57,221 nt of DNA from an uncultured Clostridia bacterium (GCA_944389225.1 CALXLP010000005.1:1-57221); one strand, 5' to 3'; positions 1 to 9,318 are shown, numbered from the stretch's first letter. Program-made: numbers and translations. The notes: generated by a model from the letters alone, not told the origin.

Positions 1-151
1 AATTTTAGCACTAATTCTATTAAAAATTAGTGCTAATGTTTAAAAAATTTTGAGACATTTTCAAAAATGATTGACATTTTTTTACATAAATTGGTATATT
101 CATAAAAGAAAAACGGGTAAGAAACTCTCCTCTCCCGTTCTTCTTTTCTAA

Positions 152-832
152 CTACTTGTGTTTTTTTCGCTTATCCCAAAATACTATGATGTATGATAAC
201 ATCAAAATCAATAGAGTAAATACAAAAATCCACTTGATAACTCCTAGATAACCTATTTGCTTGTAATCCAGGAATTTATATGCATATTCTCTAGAACCTC
301 CTATTCCAAAGAATCTTCCTCCTAGAGCACTGTATGTATATACATATATTACATATCCCCAAGGAAAGCATAACCAAACAAGTGGATACTTATATTTAAA
401 ATTACCTTTTTGGTCAAATATGACATAGTCTAGCAAAACTAGACTTGGTGATATTATATGGACAAATAAATTTGCCCAATACCTTTCTGTCCGCATGGTA
501 TAAGATATATCCATCTGAAAACCTTTTGGAGCTAAGGCTACTTGATACGTAATTGCAGTAACCAATATTGCCATTACTACAGCACCTTTCCAAAGATAAT
601 ATCTACTTGACCGATAATCTCTTTTTAAGATTATTGCTATTATTATTCTTACAAACATAACTAAGCAAATAATATTGCTTTGTAGCGTATAATAAGACAA
701 TATAGCACTTATCGATGTTGTGTGTACCACATTCAAAAGTATTCCTGTAAGAAGGCTTAAAATCACAAGCAGTTTATAAATGTTAGAAATTTTTTCTTTC
801 TTCATAGCGCCTGCCTCCTTTTCTACTGTCAT
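152..832 (-). CDS. Multi-pass membrane protein, Pr6Pr / FAR-17a-AIG1-like family (tentative)
   Basis: 226-aa ORF with about 6 hydrophobic segments and a 'YYTLQSN' motif typical of that family. A weak hairpin plus T-run lies downstream (112-139). Confidence 0.5.
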   Translation of the reverse strand: MTVEKEAGAMKKEKISNIYKLLVILSLLTGILLNVVHTTSISAILSYYTLQSNIICLVMFVRIIIAIILKRDYRSSRYYLWKGAVVMAILVTAITYQVALAPKGFQMDISYTMRTERYWANLFVHIISPSLVLLDYVIFDQKGNFKYKYPLVWLCFPWGYVIYVYTYSALGGRFFGIGGSREYAYKFLDYKQIGYLGVIKWIFVFTLLILMLSYIIVFWDKRKKHK

Positions 833-913
833 TATATATCGTTTTTCTCAGAATGTAAAATAAAATCACTGATAAATTCAGTGATTTTAGTAATTTATAT
901 AACATTTTGTTGA

Positions 914-1516
914 TTAAAAACCAAACATGCTTGTTACTTCCATATCATATTTTTTTAATATTTTCAGAACATTATCAAGATTTTGACTATTATTTTGTCT
1001 TTCATAATCTCCTGATGATTTTAAAGTGATAATCTCATTTGTATCATAATGGTAATATTTTATAGAGGTTTGTCCTGCATCATATGCTGCATGCTTTTCT
1101 GTAACATCGTTTGTTATTGTTGACAACTGTTCTTTTAATTGTTTTAAATCATCTTTGTTTACTGTTCCTTTACTTTCTGTTATATGTTCTAATATATCTT
1201 TGCTAGCTTTCGTTTTCTTATCATATTTTGTATCTGATGTTTTTTCAAATTTAAAACTATATATACTTCCATCTTCACAAATCACTGTACCACTATATTG
1301 GTATCCCCAAGCATAATTCTGATAAGATTTTTCAATTAATACTCTTTTGTTGGAAATGTCGATTCCATTAACTATATTGGATTTTTTATATATCCATAGG
1401 CTTACTATTGCAATAATCGCAATGATGATAATGATTAGACTAATCCCTATATATTTTTTTATATTTCTTTTATTAGATTTATTTGTTTCTTTCATTTCTT
1501 TCGTTTTACTATTCAT
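914..1516 (-). CDS. Hypothetical N-terminally membrane-anchored protein
   Basis: 200-aa ORF with a Lys-rich N-terminus, a single TM segment (IGISLIIIIIAIIAIVSLWIY), then a soluble domain. No family recognised. Confidence 0.5.
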   Translation of the reverse strand: MNSKTKEMKETNKSNKRNIKKYIGISLIIIIIAIIAIVSLWIYKKSNIVNGIDISNKRVLIEKSYQNYAWGYQYSGTVICEDGSIYSFKFEKTSDTKYDKKTKASKDILEHITESKGTVNKDDLKQLKEQLSTITNDVTEKHAAYDAGQTSIKYYHYDTNEIITLKSSGDYERQNNSQNLDNVLKILKKYDMEVTSMFGF

Positions 1517-1546
1517 TTTTATTTTCCCCTTTTATTTCATATCTCA

Positions 1547-2101
1547 TTATATATTTTTAACTACTCTACATGGATTTCCATGTGCTACTGTGTTTGATGG
1601 AATATCTTTTGTTACAACACTTCCTGCTCCTATTGTTACATTATCTCCTATTGTTACTCCTGGTAATACAACAACATTTCCACCAATCCATACATTGTTT
1701 CCTACTTTGATTGGTTTTCCAAATTCTAATCCTTGATTTCTTGTTTCTACATCTAATGGATGTCCTGCTGTATAAAATCCACAATTGGGTCCAATAAATA
1801 CATTGTCTCCAAATTCTACTTTTGCAACATCTAATATGACGCAATTATGGTTAACATAGAAGTTTTCTCCCACATGTGTATTATATCCATAATCACAGTA
1901 GAAATTAGATTCTACTTGTAGATTTTCTCCTGCACTTCCCAATATTTTCTTTATAAATTCTTTTCTTTCTTCCATTTTATCTGGACTTATTTGATTATAT
2001 TCATAACACAATTTTTTACAGTTTCTTATTTCTAATATAAGTTCCTCATCATTGGCTAAATTATATAATTCTCCTTTATCTCTTTTTTCTTTTTCTGTCA
2101 T
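1547..2101 (-). CDS. maa: Sugar O-acetyltransferase (maltose/galactoside acetyltransferase type, left-handed beta-helix)
   Basis: 184 aa. The N-terminal Mac-like segment (GELYNLANDEEL...CKKLCYEYN) is followed by hexapeptide repeats (IGDNVFIGPN, VGNNVWIGGNVVVLPGVTIGDNVTIGAGSVV). Confidence 0.78.
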   Translation of the reverse strand: MTEKEKRDKGELYNLANDEELILEIRNCKKLCYEYNQISPDKMEERKEFIKKILGSAGENLQVESNFYCDYGYNTHVGENFYVNHNCVILDVAKVEFGDNVFIGPNCGFYTAGHPLDVETRNQGLEFGKPIKVGNNVWIGGNVVVLPGVTIGDNVTIGAGSVVTKDIPSNTVAHGNPCRVVKNI

Positions 2102-2187
2102 GATTTTCTCCTTTTTATAATCTATCCTTATTATGCACCATCATATCAAAATTATCATTGAAATGCAATTCTTGTCCATTATTTTTC

Positions 2188-2216
2188 TTGTAAAATTATA
2201 TTAATTATGATATACT
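2188..2216 (+). promoter_or_regulatory. Sigma-A type promoter with extended -10, driving the orphan GC-rich transcript
   Basis: TTGTAA (2188-2193), 17-nt spacer ending in TGa, TATACT (2211-2216). Confidence 0.6.
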
Positions 2217-2221
2217 ATATG

Positions 2222-2546
2222 CACAACTCAAAGAGTTGTGTAATATTGGCCTTCGACAACTGGAGGTAGCATGGTGGTAAAGTGTCTGGGCATCCAACAG
2301 GTTTGTGTTGAGCTCAAAAGGCTCAACAACTACAGGGGACCACTGTTTCCCTGTACAACAGACAGAGAGTTCTTCATCGTGAGCAATCTTGCTTTGGAGA
2401 CTGCTGTTCTTCCTGAAGGATACCTTTACGATTCCGAAAGGAGCATTATCACCAACGGGATTGAGAGGTTTCCAGTTCTCTCTTTTGAGGACTTGCAACA
2501 CAAATCTCTCAAATGAAAAGGGCCCCTCTTCACGAGGGGTCTTTTT
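2222..2546 (+). ncRNA. Candidate structured non-coding RNA of unknown class (about 325 nt)
   Basis: Its G+C is sharply higher than the surrounding DNA. It has its own promoter (2188-2216) and intrinsic terminator (GGCCCCTC-ttcac-GAGGGGTC + TTTTT, 2521-2546). Several clean hairpins are present: 2222-2240, 2306-2328, 2331-2355 and 2463-2482. A GAAA tetraloop sits at about 2433-2442, and long-range pairing 'GGTGGTAA'/'TTATCACC' is possible. No plus-strand gene lies downstream. Long ORFs on both strands (114 aa and 81 aa) are what an RNA-driven GC island would produce. Confidence 0.5.
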
Positions 2547-2549
2547 CAT

Positions 2550-3248
2550 TTATATTTGATTAATATATTCATTATATTGATCTTGCAATGTTTGACTATT
2601 AAATACGATATTTTCTCCTTGTATTTCCCAACCATTTTTATTTTCTGCAAGGAAGTTAATAATTTGTGATTCAAGGTCAATTATTCTTGTAGCTTCATCT
2701 AAAGATTTTTCTAATTCCGCACTATCCTCTTCGAGTGCAGTATCTTCTGATAAGGCAATTTCTTTATATAAGTCTATATAATATTGGTCTAGATTTTTAT
2801 TTTCTATATATGACATAGCACCATCATTTGTTAATAATGTTAGTACTTCTTCTTTATATTGTTCAAGCTCTCCTTTTGCTTCTTCTAAAAATTGTTTGGT
2901 TTGAACAAAATCTGGTCCATCTTCTACATAATTCTCAGGTGTTAATGCATTTACAATTCTTTCATCATTTAATACATTTGCAATATTGACAGAAGCATTC
3001 ACAACATCTGCTAGATAATCTTTCATTGCTTTTTCCAAAACACCATAATCACCTGTTGTTTTAATTTCTCTTATCTTTTGGTCTATTTGATCTAAATCAA
3101 TATTTTCTGCACGTGTTAGATTCTCAAATTCTAACATTTCTTGTCTTAAGATATCCTCTTGTCTAAAATCGTTCACTACTAAAATTCCAATGCCTACAAC
3201 AGCCACTAAGACAATGGCTATAATAACTCCAATAATTGCTTTTTTCAT
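2550..3248 (-). CDS. Hypothetical membrane-anchored, Glu/Asp-rich helical protein
   Basis: 232 aa with an N-terminal TM (AIIGVIIAIVLVAVVGIGILVV) followed by an acidic, coiled-coil-like sequence. The hairpin at 2521-2541 could also terminate this gene. Confidence 0.55.
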   Translation of the reverse strand: MKKAIIGVIIAIVLVAVVGIGILVVNDFRQEDILRQEMLEFENLTRAENIDLDQIDQKIREIKTTGDYGVLEKAMKDYLADVVNASVNIANVLNDERIVNALTPENYVEDGPDFVQTKQFLEEAKGELEQYKEEVLTLLTNDGAMSYIENKNLDQYYIDLYKEIALSEDTALEEDSAELEKSLDEATRIIDLESQIINFLAENKNGWEIQGENIVFNSQTLQDQYNEYINQI

Positions 3249-3314
3249 ATTTAATTCCCCCTATTTTCCAATATGATATTAGTTTATCAATAACATACAT
3301 ATACTGCAATCTAA

Positions 3315-3902
3315 CTATATTGCTTCTTTCTTCTTTTTTGTACACATTTCTATGCATTTCATAATATATTCTCTTTTTTTCTCTTTATTGTATTTCTTTA
3401 ATTTTCCACTATATATAATTGTATAATCTTTTATGAATTTAAAATCCTCAGGTCTTACAATTGTTGGTAAATTAATTGGTATTTCTGCTGATTCTAAAAT
3501 ATATTTTACAAATTCAGCACAATAAAAAGAATGATTTGGTTGAATTTTTTTATGAAATCCCACAGCCAATAATCCTAATACATTAAAATAATATTCTGTT
3601 TTATGTTCTTCTATTCTTTTAATTTCGTTTTTTACCATGATATATTGTTCTTGTGTTATATCTAAAGAATAAATAAATGCCTCTGTTTTTTTAAATCTCT
3701 TAAATGTTCCTGTATGAATTCCTTCTTGTACAAATCCTCCCCAAAAAGGATTATATGGATTTAGTCTTCCAAAACTATACATTTGATTTAAATCCTCATC
3801 TAAGGCAATCGAAACATGTGTAAATTCATCTTTTGTCCATTTTCTGATAATCCTTGAAAGTAGTGTTCCTGTGTGTGTTAAAGCTATATATATCTTTTGC
3901 AT
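3315..3902 (-). CDS. Putative permuted papain-like / YiiX-type (NlpC-P60 superfamily) enzyme
   Basis: 195 aa. The N-terminal 'LSRIIRKWTKDEFTHVSIAL' and later 'YCAEFV' resemble the His...Cys arrangement of permuted papain-fold amidases. This is a family guess only. Confidence 0.4.
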   Translation of the reverse strand: MQKIYIALTHTGTLLSRIIRKWTKDEFTHVSIALDEDLNQMYSFGRLNPYNPFWGGFVQEGIHTGTFKRFKKTEAFIYSLDITQEQYIMVKNEIKRIEEHKTEYYFNVLGLLAVGFHKKIQPNHSFYCAEFVKYILESAEIPINLPTIVRPEDFKFIKDYTIIYSGKLKKYNKEKKREYIMKCIEMCTKKKKEAI

Positions 3903-4147
3903 GATATTTCTCCTTTATTTTATCTTATAACAGTATATCATGTATTTTGTAATATGTATTTAGTTTTTCATAAATTTTGCAAAATTTATATATTTATGTA
4001 TAAATATATTTTTTTTACATATACTATTATTACATTTAATTTTATATATTAGATGTAATTATTTCGTTTTAAGACGTTTTAAGACCTCTTTTCAGAAGAG
4101 GTCTTATCTAATTTTATATAGTTTTATCAGAGAAACAAAAAGTATCT

Positions 4148-6370
4148 TTATATTTTCTTTAATCGTAAACTATTTAATGTAACTGTTACACTACTAATCG
4201 TCATACTAAAAGCCGCAAACATAGGATTCATAGTTATACCCAATGGAATTAATACACCTGCTGCAATTGGTATCATACAGATATTATAGAAAAATGCCCA
4301 AAATAGATTTTGTTTGATAATTCGCATTGTCTTTTTACTAATATTAATCAAATCATTGATTTTATCTAAATTATCTTTCATTAAAACCACATCACTACTG
4401 TCCATAGCAATATCTGTACCACTTCCAACAGAAACACCAATATCTGCTTTTACTAAACTAATACTATCATTAATACCATCACCACACATCATAACCAAAC
4501 CATTTTCTTTGAGTTTAGTAATTTCTTCTGCCTTTTGTTTTGGTACAACTCCTGCAATTACTTTTTCAATTCCAATTGCTTTTCCGATTGCTTTTGCTGT
4601 TTTTTCATTATCTCCTGTTAGCATGACAGTAGATATATTTTTCTGTTTTAACTTATCAATCACTTCTTTTGCATTTTCTTTTATAATATCTTTTACACCA
4701 ATTAAAGCAATTAAAGTTTGTTCTTTTGCTACAAACAAGATGCTATTCCCATCATTTTCTAATGTTTCATCATCATTCATTCCATTTTCTTTTATGGTTT
4801 TATCAATATGAATATTGTTTTCTATCATTAGTTTCTTATTTCCGATAAGATAAGTTTCATCATTATATTTTGCTTGTATTCCATATCCAGAAATATTTTT
4901 AAAATCTGTTACTTTTTTTGTGTCCATTGGTATATTTCTTTCTTCTGCATATTTAACAATTCCTCTTGCAATTGGATGTTCTGAGTGGTTTTCTATATTG
5001 GATACTGCTTCTATGATTTCATTTTCTTTTAAGTCAGAATAGTTAAATATTTGAGATATACTTAAATGTCCTTTAGTTAATGTTCCTGTCTTATCAAATA
5101 CAATTGTTTTTATTTTATGTGCATTTTCTAGAGCTTCACTTGATTTTACTAATATGCCTTTTCTACTTGCCAATCCTGAAGCCATAACAATCGCAAGTGG
5201 TGTTGCTAATCCTAAACTACAAGGACAAGCTACAACTAATACAGTAATAAAAATATTTATGATAAATCCAATATCTTTTCCTAATATTGCCCATATAATA
5301 CTTGATAAAATAGCAATTATGATAATCCCTGGAACAAAATACCCACTAATGGTATCTGCAATTTTGGCAATCGGTGCTTTGGTATTTGTTGCTTCTACAA
5401 CCATTCTAACAATTTCTGATACAGTTGACTCTTTTCCTATCTTTTCTGCTTTATATTTTATACTTCCATCATAATTCATACTTCCAGCAATGACTTTATT
5501 TCCTGTTGTTTTCTTTACTGGAACACTTTCTCCTGTGATAAAAGATTCATCAATATGTGTTATCCCTTCTATAATTTCACCGTCTACTGCTATTTTTTCT
5601 CCTGGTTTACAAATTACGATATCACCTTTTTGAATTTCATCTAATGTGACTTGTTTTTGCTTTCCATCTTTTTCTATGGTAGCTAAGTTCGGGGTGATCA
5701 TCATTAAATCTTGTATTGCTTCTTTCGTTTTATCTTTGTTTCTTCCTTCTACATATTTTCCAATTTTGATAAAGAAGAGGATAATGACAATAGACTCATA
5801 ATATAAATGATGAACGGCTTCTTCATTTCCTATAAAGATTTGATAGGTATTATACATACTATATAATAAACTGCTGATAACACCTAACCCAACCAATGTA
5901 TCCATATTGGGTGTTTTATGCACTAAATTTTTATATCCATTTCGTATAATATCTTTTCCTAAAAATATAGCAATAATCGATAAGATAAATTGCACTATTG
6001 AAAAGTAAATCGGATGATGATGCATATTCAAAATTTCAAAAATAGGTAATCCTATCATTTGTCCCATAGAAATATATAAAATTAAAATAGCTAGGATCGT
6101 TAAGCCTATTAATTTATATTTTTCATTTGAGGCTTTCTTTTTTTCTTTTTCTAATTTGTCAATTCCTAAGCTTTCAAATCCTGCTTTTTCGACAAATTTT
6201 TCTATTTGTGGAATGTCTAATAATTTCTCATCATATTCAATACTTGCATTATTCATAACTAGGTTGACAGATGCTTGTTTAATCCCTTCTTGTTTGTTTA
6301 AATATTTTTCTAATCCATTAGAACAAGCACTACATGTCATTCCATCTATTTTCAAGAGAACTTTTTTCAA
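4148..6370 (-). CDS. copA: Copper-translocating P1B-type ATPase
   Basis: 740 aa with an N-terminal HMA domain (GMTCSACS), the transmembrane 'CPC' motif (VACPCSLGLATP), the phosphorylation site DKTGTLT, and GDGINDS. Confidence 0.95.
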   Translation of the reverse strand: MKKVLLKIDGMTCSACSNGLEKYLNKQEGIKQASVNLVMNNASIEYDEKLLDIPQIEKFVEKAGFESLGIDKLEKEKKKASNEKYKLIGLTILAILILYISMGQMIGLPIFEILNMHHHPIYFSIVQFILSIIAIFLGKDIIRNGYKNLVHKTPNMDTLVGLGVISSLLYSMYNTYQIFIGNEEAVHHLYYESIVIILFFIKIGKYVEGRNKDKTKEAIQDLMMITPNLATIEKDGKQKQVTLDEIQKGDIVICKPGEKIAVDGEIIEGITHIDESFITGESVPVKKTTGNKVIAGSMNYDGSIKYKAEKIGKESTVSEIVRMVVEATNTKAPIAKIADTISGYFVPGIIIIAILSSIIWAILGKDIGFIINIFITVLVVACPCSLGLATPLAIVMASGLASRKGILVKSSEALENAHKIKTIVFDKTGTLTKGHLSISQIFNYSDLKENEIIEAVSNIENHSEHPIARGIVKYAEERNIPMDTKKVTDFKNISGYGIQAKYNDETYLIGNKKLMIENNIHIDKTIKENGMNDDETLENDGNSILFVAKEQTLIALIGVKDIIKENAKEVIDKLKQKNISTVMLTGDNEKTAKAIGKAIGIEKVIAGVVPKQKAEEITKLKENGLVMMCGDGINDSISLVKADIGVSVGSGTDIAMDSSDVVLMKDNLDKINDLINISKKTMRIIKQNLFWAFFYNICMIPIAAGVLIPLGITMNPMFAAFSMTISSVTVTLNSLRLKKI

Positions 6371-6438
6371 ACTGTGTTCCTCCTTCTTTATTATTTTGCA
6401 TATATTTTTGATTGTATTTTTATTGTATAGGATTTTTC

Positions 6439-6657
6439 TTATTTTACAACTTCAAATCCAGCATCTTCAATTGCTTCATAAAAATCTTCTAATTTTGCAA
6501 TTGTTTCATCATATTCTATATCCGCTAATTTATTTTCTAAACTAACCTCTACTGTATTTACACCTTCTACATTACTTAATACTTTTGTTAATCGCTTTGA
6601 ACATCCTTCACAATGCATTCCTTCAATTTTAATTTCTACTTTTTTCATAATTAACAC
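6439..6657 (-). CDS. copZ: Copper chaperone, heavy-metal-associated domain
   Basis: 72 aa (about 69 aa from the likely true ATG at the 4th codon) with a GMHCEGCS metal-binding motif, directly upstream of copA. Confidence 0.9.
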   Translation of the reverse strand: MLIMKKVEIKIEGMHCEGCSKRLTKVLSNVEGVNTVEVSLENKLADIEYDETIAKLEDFYEAIEDAGFEVVK

Positions 6658-6707
6658 CTTTCCTTTCTTTATTTAAATAATATATTTTTAAAAAAATGTA
6701 TTAAAGT

Positions 6708-7007
6708 TTATCTCATCTTTTTGAACAAATTCATAATTTCTTCTGTTACTTCTGTATGTCCCTCTTTTATTTGTTTTGCTATACATCTTTCTAAATGTTT
6801 TTCTAAAATAACATTTTCTAAACTTTCTAATGCCTTATTGACAGCCAGCATTTGTGTTAAAACATCATCACAATATCGGTCATCTTGTATCATTTGTTTA
6901 ATGCCTCTAATCTGTCCTTCAATAATATTTAGTCTTTTCGTTAATTGCTTCTTTTCTTCTTCATCTCTATATGTTTTCTTTCCCGAAGTGCAACAATTTT
7001 CTTTCAT
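6708..7007 (-). CDS. csoR: CsoR-family copper-sensing transcriptional repressor
   Basis: 99 aa with 'RLNIIEGQIRGIKQMI...RYCDDVLTQ..A..ALE...H...C', characteristic of CsoR/RcnR. It is the first gene of the cop operon. Confidence 0.9.
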   Translation of the reverse strand: MKENCCTSGKKTYRDEEEKKQLTKRLNIIEGQIRGIKQMIQDDRYCDDVLTQMLAVNKALESLENVILEKHLERCIAKQIKEGHTEVTEEIMNLFKKMR

Positions 7008-7028
7008 TTTTCCTCACCTCTCGAATAG

Positions 7029-7057
7029 ATTATATACCCCTATGGGGTATATGTCAA
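7029..7057 (-). promoter_or_regulatory. cop operon promoter with embedded CsoR operator
   Basis: Minus strand reads TTGACA (7052-7057), 17 nt, TATAAT (7029-7034). The spacer is filled by a perfect palindrome ATATACCCC-TAT-GGGGTATAT (7032-7052), the G/C-tract inverted repeat typical of CsoR operators. Confidence 0.8.
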
Positions 7058-7092
7058 GTTGATTAAATAGAAAATTATATTTTTTTATTCAA

Positions 7093-7120
7093 CAAAAAAA
7101 CACTTCCTATTGGAAGTGTT
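7093..7120 (-). terminator. Intrinsic terminator after the DUF308/HdeD-like gene
   Basis: AACACTTCC-tatt-GGAAGTGTT stem flanked by an A-run and a T-run, so it is usable in both directions. Confidence 0.75.
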
Positions 7121-7128
7121 TTTCTTGC

Positions 7129-7665
7129 TTATTTATCTAAATAATCTTGAACTTTTTTCATAAATATTGATCTTGCAATAATATCTAATACTGCATAAAT
7201 AACAATCGTAATACCAACAATTCTAATTGCTAAAGTTGAACTTACTAATACAACAATTCCTGCAATAATCATTAATAAAGCACATAATACTGTTATTGTC
7301 CAAAGTCCTGATTTTACTTCTTTCCATACTAAAGATGTTTGGAAATTTCTAATTCCTGAAACAATAATCCATATTCCTAGTATTACTCTAAAGATTCCTG
7401 TAATTACATCTGAACAAGATAACACAATTACACCTAACACTGCTGCTATTAATGCAAATGTTAATAAATAGTCCTCTTTATCTTTAGATGTAAAATAATC
7501 TACCAATTTTAGAAATCCCATTATAAATAATACCATTCCTAAAAGTATAGATATAACAGACATCATTTCAATAGGTCTTATCGTTAGTAATGCTCCTAAT
7601 ATCACAAATAGTATAGATATTACGATATCTGTCCAGTTTGTTCTCTTTAAAAATTTTTCAGACAT
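7129..7665 (-). CDS. HdeD/DUF308-family membrane protein
   Basis: 178 aa with six regularly spaced TM segments. The N-terminal 'NWTDIVISILFVILGALLTIRP' pattern is typical of DUF308. Confidence 0.6.
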   Translation of the reverse strand: MSEKFLKRTNWTDIVISILFVILGALLTIRPIEMMSVISILLGMVLFIMGFLKLVDYFTSKDKEDYLLTFALIAAVLGVIVLSCSDVITGIFRVILGIWIIVSGIRNFQTSLVWKEVKSGLWTITVLCALLMIIAGIVVLVSSTLAIRIVGITIVIYAVLDIIARSIFMKKVQDYLDK

Positions 7666-7788
7666 TTGTATCTCCTCTCTTTCTTTTGTATTTTCTTTAG
7701 AATCATATCATAAAATAAAAAAAATGTACATATTTTTTTAAAATTTTTGTATTATTTTGTCATTCCTTTTTTTAAAATTTCTATTTGC

Positions 7789-8370
7789 TTAGATAATTCT
7801 TCTTTTCCGTTTTTCTTTTGATACTTTCTTGTGCATCACATCAATAATTTCTGCTCGTAAAATACAAGTTAATATTCTTAACATATATTCTATATCCTCA
7901 TCATTTTCAATAGATAATAAACTTGTATTAATATAACAATTGTCTTTATCTTCATCTGTTAAATCTGTCAGTTTCTTTAATCTTATATTTTTATAGATAT
8001 TGACATTTTCATTTCTTAATTTGTTAATAATATTTTGAAATAATTTTACTTCTGCTTCATGATAATTCTTTTCTACAAAGTATGAATATAAATCTAATGT
8101 CGTCAAAAATATATCTCCTTTATTTTGTATTAAGAACTCTTTTATTTTTTCTTTTTCATCATTTAAAAAGTCTTCTATAATATATTTTAAAGCATCTTCC
8201 TTATCTTCAAAATACTGATAAAAACTTCCTCTTGGTATGTTTGCCTCTTCTATCATATTACTAATTGATGCTTTTTCAAAAGTATGTTTTGTAAATTCAT
8301 TTTTTAAAGCTCTTTTTATTTTTTCTCTTTTTTCTTCATTTAAATTATAAAACGTAGATTTTGGCATCAT
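7789..8370 (-). CDS. TetR/AcrR-family transcriptional regulator
   Basis: 193 aa with an N-terminal HTH 'FEKASISNMIEEANIPRGSFYQYFEDKEDAL'. Confidence 0.82.
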   Translation of the reverse strand: MMPKSTFYNLNEEKREKIKRALKNEFTKHTFEKASISNMIEEANIPRGSFYQYFEDKEDALKYIIEDFLNDEKEKIKEFLIQNKGDIFLTTLDLYSYFVEKNYHEAEVKLFQNIINKLRNENVNIYKNIRLKKLTDLTDEDKDNCYINTSLLSIENDEDIEYMLRILTCILRAEIIDVMHKKVSKEKRKRRII

Positions 8371-8435
8371 ACACCTCCATATACATTATTAGATAACAAA
8401 AAATAGTACTTCTAAAAGCACTACTTTCCCCTTCA

Positions 8436-8627
8436 TTATGCATCTTTATTTTCTTTTTTAGCAATTACTTCTTTTCCATCATAATATCCGCAGTTTTTGC
8501 ATACTCTATGTGGCATTACTGGTTCATGACAATGTGGACAAGTTGTATATGCTGGTTGTTCTTTTTTCCATGTTGATCTTTTAGCATGTGTTCTTGCTTT
8601 AGACCATCTTCTTTTTGGTTGTGCCAT
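8436..8627 (-). CDS. rpmF: 50S ribosomal protein L32
   Basis: 63 aa starting 'MAQPKRRWSKARTHAKRS', with a CPHC...CKNC zinc ribbon. Confidence 0.93.
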   Translation of the reverse strand: MAQPKRRWSKARTHAKRSTWKKEQPAYTTCPHCHEPVMPHRVCKNCGYYDGKEVIAKKENKDA

Positions 8628-8699
8628 CTAAATCCCTCCTCGCTTAAGATATATATATATATCCATTGTTTATTTTATCGATATTTTAGTCACTATAAG

Positions 8700-8728
8700 A
8701 TTATACAAGTATTTTCATTTTTTGTCAA
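8700..8728 (-). promoter_or_regulatory. Consensus sigma-A promoter for rpmF
   Basis: Minus strand reads TTGACA (8723-8728), 17 nt, TATAAT (8700-8705). It overlaps the stop codon of the upstream gene. Confidence 0.65.
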
Positions 8729-9318
8729 CTGTTGCCACAATATTTTTTATATAATTCTTGTACATTTTTCTTCGTCAAAACCTTATCTATCCCTTCTATA
8801 CTGACTTGTGTGAAGAAATCTGTCAACATATCTTTTAATTTTTCATTGATTAATAATTTTTCCCTTTCTTTTTTCCAATATGTTAATGGATAATCCTTAT
8901 TCCAATTTTTCCCTTGATAAATCATTCCTGCTGCTAATTTATCACATATCATTTCTGCTGTATATACATATGGCATAATTGGTGTTTGTTCTGGAGCATT
9001 TCTATCCACCCAATATTCACTATGATGCTTATTTCTACCTTTATGGTGTAGCCATGCTTCCGAATATCCTTTATCTTGTTTTGTACTCACAATTGGTGAA
9101 CGATTTCCTTCATAATATCTTACACTTTCCCAAAATTCTGTTGGAGAATATTTAGATAAATCATGTACAAAACCTCTCCAAAATAATCCAAGTCTACAAC
9201 ATAATTTGAAAACGACCCATCTATGTTTGTTAATTAGTATAAAATGTTTCACTACATTTTTGAATTTTATTTTTCGCTTCATTCTTATACTCAGTCCTTT
9301 CTTAGAAATAAAATCCAC
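8725..9318 (-). CDS. Hypothetical protein (DUF5662-like, His-rich)
   Basis: 197-aa ORF with 'HDLSKYSPTEF...WLHHKGRNKHHSEYW'. The family assignment is from memory only. Confidence 0.45.
   Translation of the reverse strand: MDFISKKGLSIRMKRKIKFKNVVKHFILINKHRWVVFKLCCRLGLFWRGFVHDLSKYSPTEFWESVRYYEGNRSPIVSTKQDKGYSEAWLHHKGRNKHHSEYWVDRNAPEQTPIMPYVYTAEMICDKLAAGMIYQGKNWNKDYPLTYWKKEREKLLINEKLKDMLTDFFTQVSIEGIDKVLTKKNVQELYKKYCGNS

Noticed and set aside
5-36. 12-bp inverted repeat TTAGCACTAATT..AATTAGTGCTAA at the window edge, and a TTGACA-N17/18-TATATT promoter-like motif at 71-100
   Set aside because: The context is cut off by the window start. The putative promoter would fire antisense into the converging membrane-protein gene, and there is no downstream plus-strand gene.
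2222-2546. Identity of the GC-rich RNA as tmRNA, RNase P RNA, SRP RNA, 6S RNA, a T-box or a cobalamin riboswitch
   Set aside because: I found none of the hallmark motifs: the 5' GGGG and tRNA-like 3' CCA arm, GAGGAAAGTCC, the SRP domain-IV GGAAGCAGCC-like motif, GGTGGTACC, or the B12 box. There is also no downstream gene on the same strand for a cis-regulator. A covariance-model scan is still needed.
2205-2549. 114-aa minus-strand ORF and 81-aa plus-strand ORF (2271-2516) inside the GC-rich block
   Set aside because: Both strands are open, which is the expected by-product of a GC-rich island in an AT-rich genome. The composition is unlike neighbouring genes, and the locus has promoter, hairpins and terminator consistent with an RNA. 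I keep the 81-aa ORF (GGAGG upstream) only as an alternative to be tested.
4314-5474. Long plus-strand ORFs antisense to copA (4314-4811, 5154-5474, 6156-6545), with similar antisense ORFs opposite mutS, valS, the GH3 gene, the permease and others
   Set aside because: They lie entirely opposite genes with unambiguous family motifs, lack RBSs, and translate to Ile/Phe/Leu/Ser-rich low-complexity strings typical of antisense frames in AT-rich DNA.
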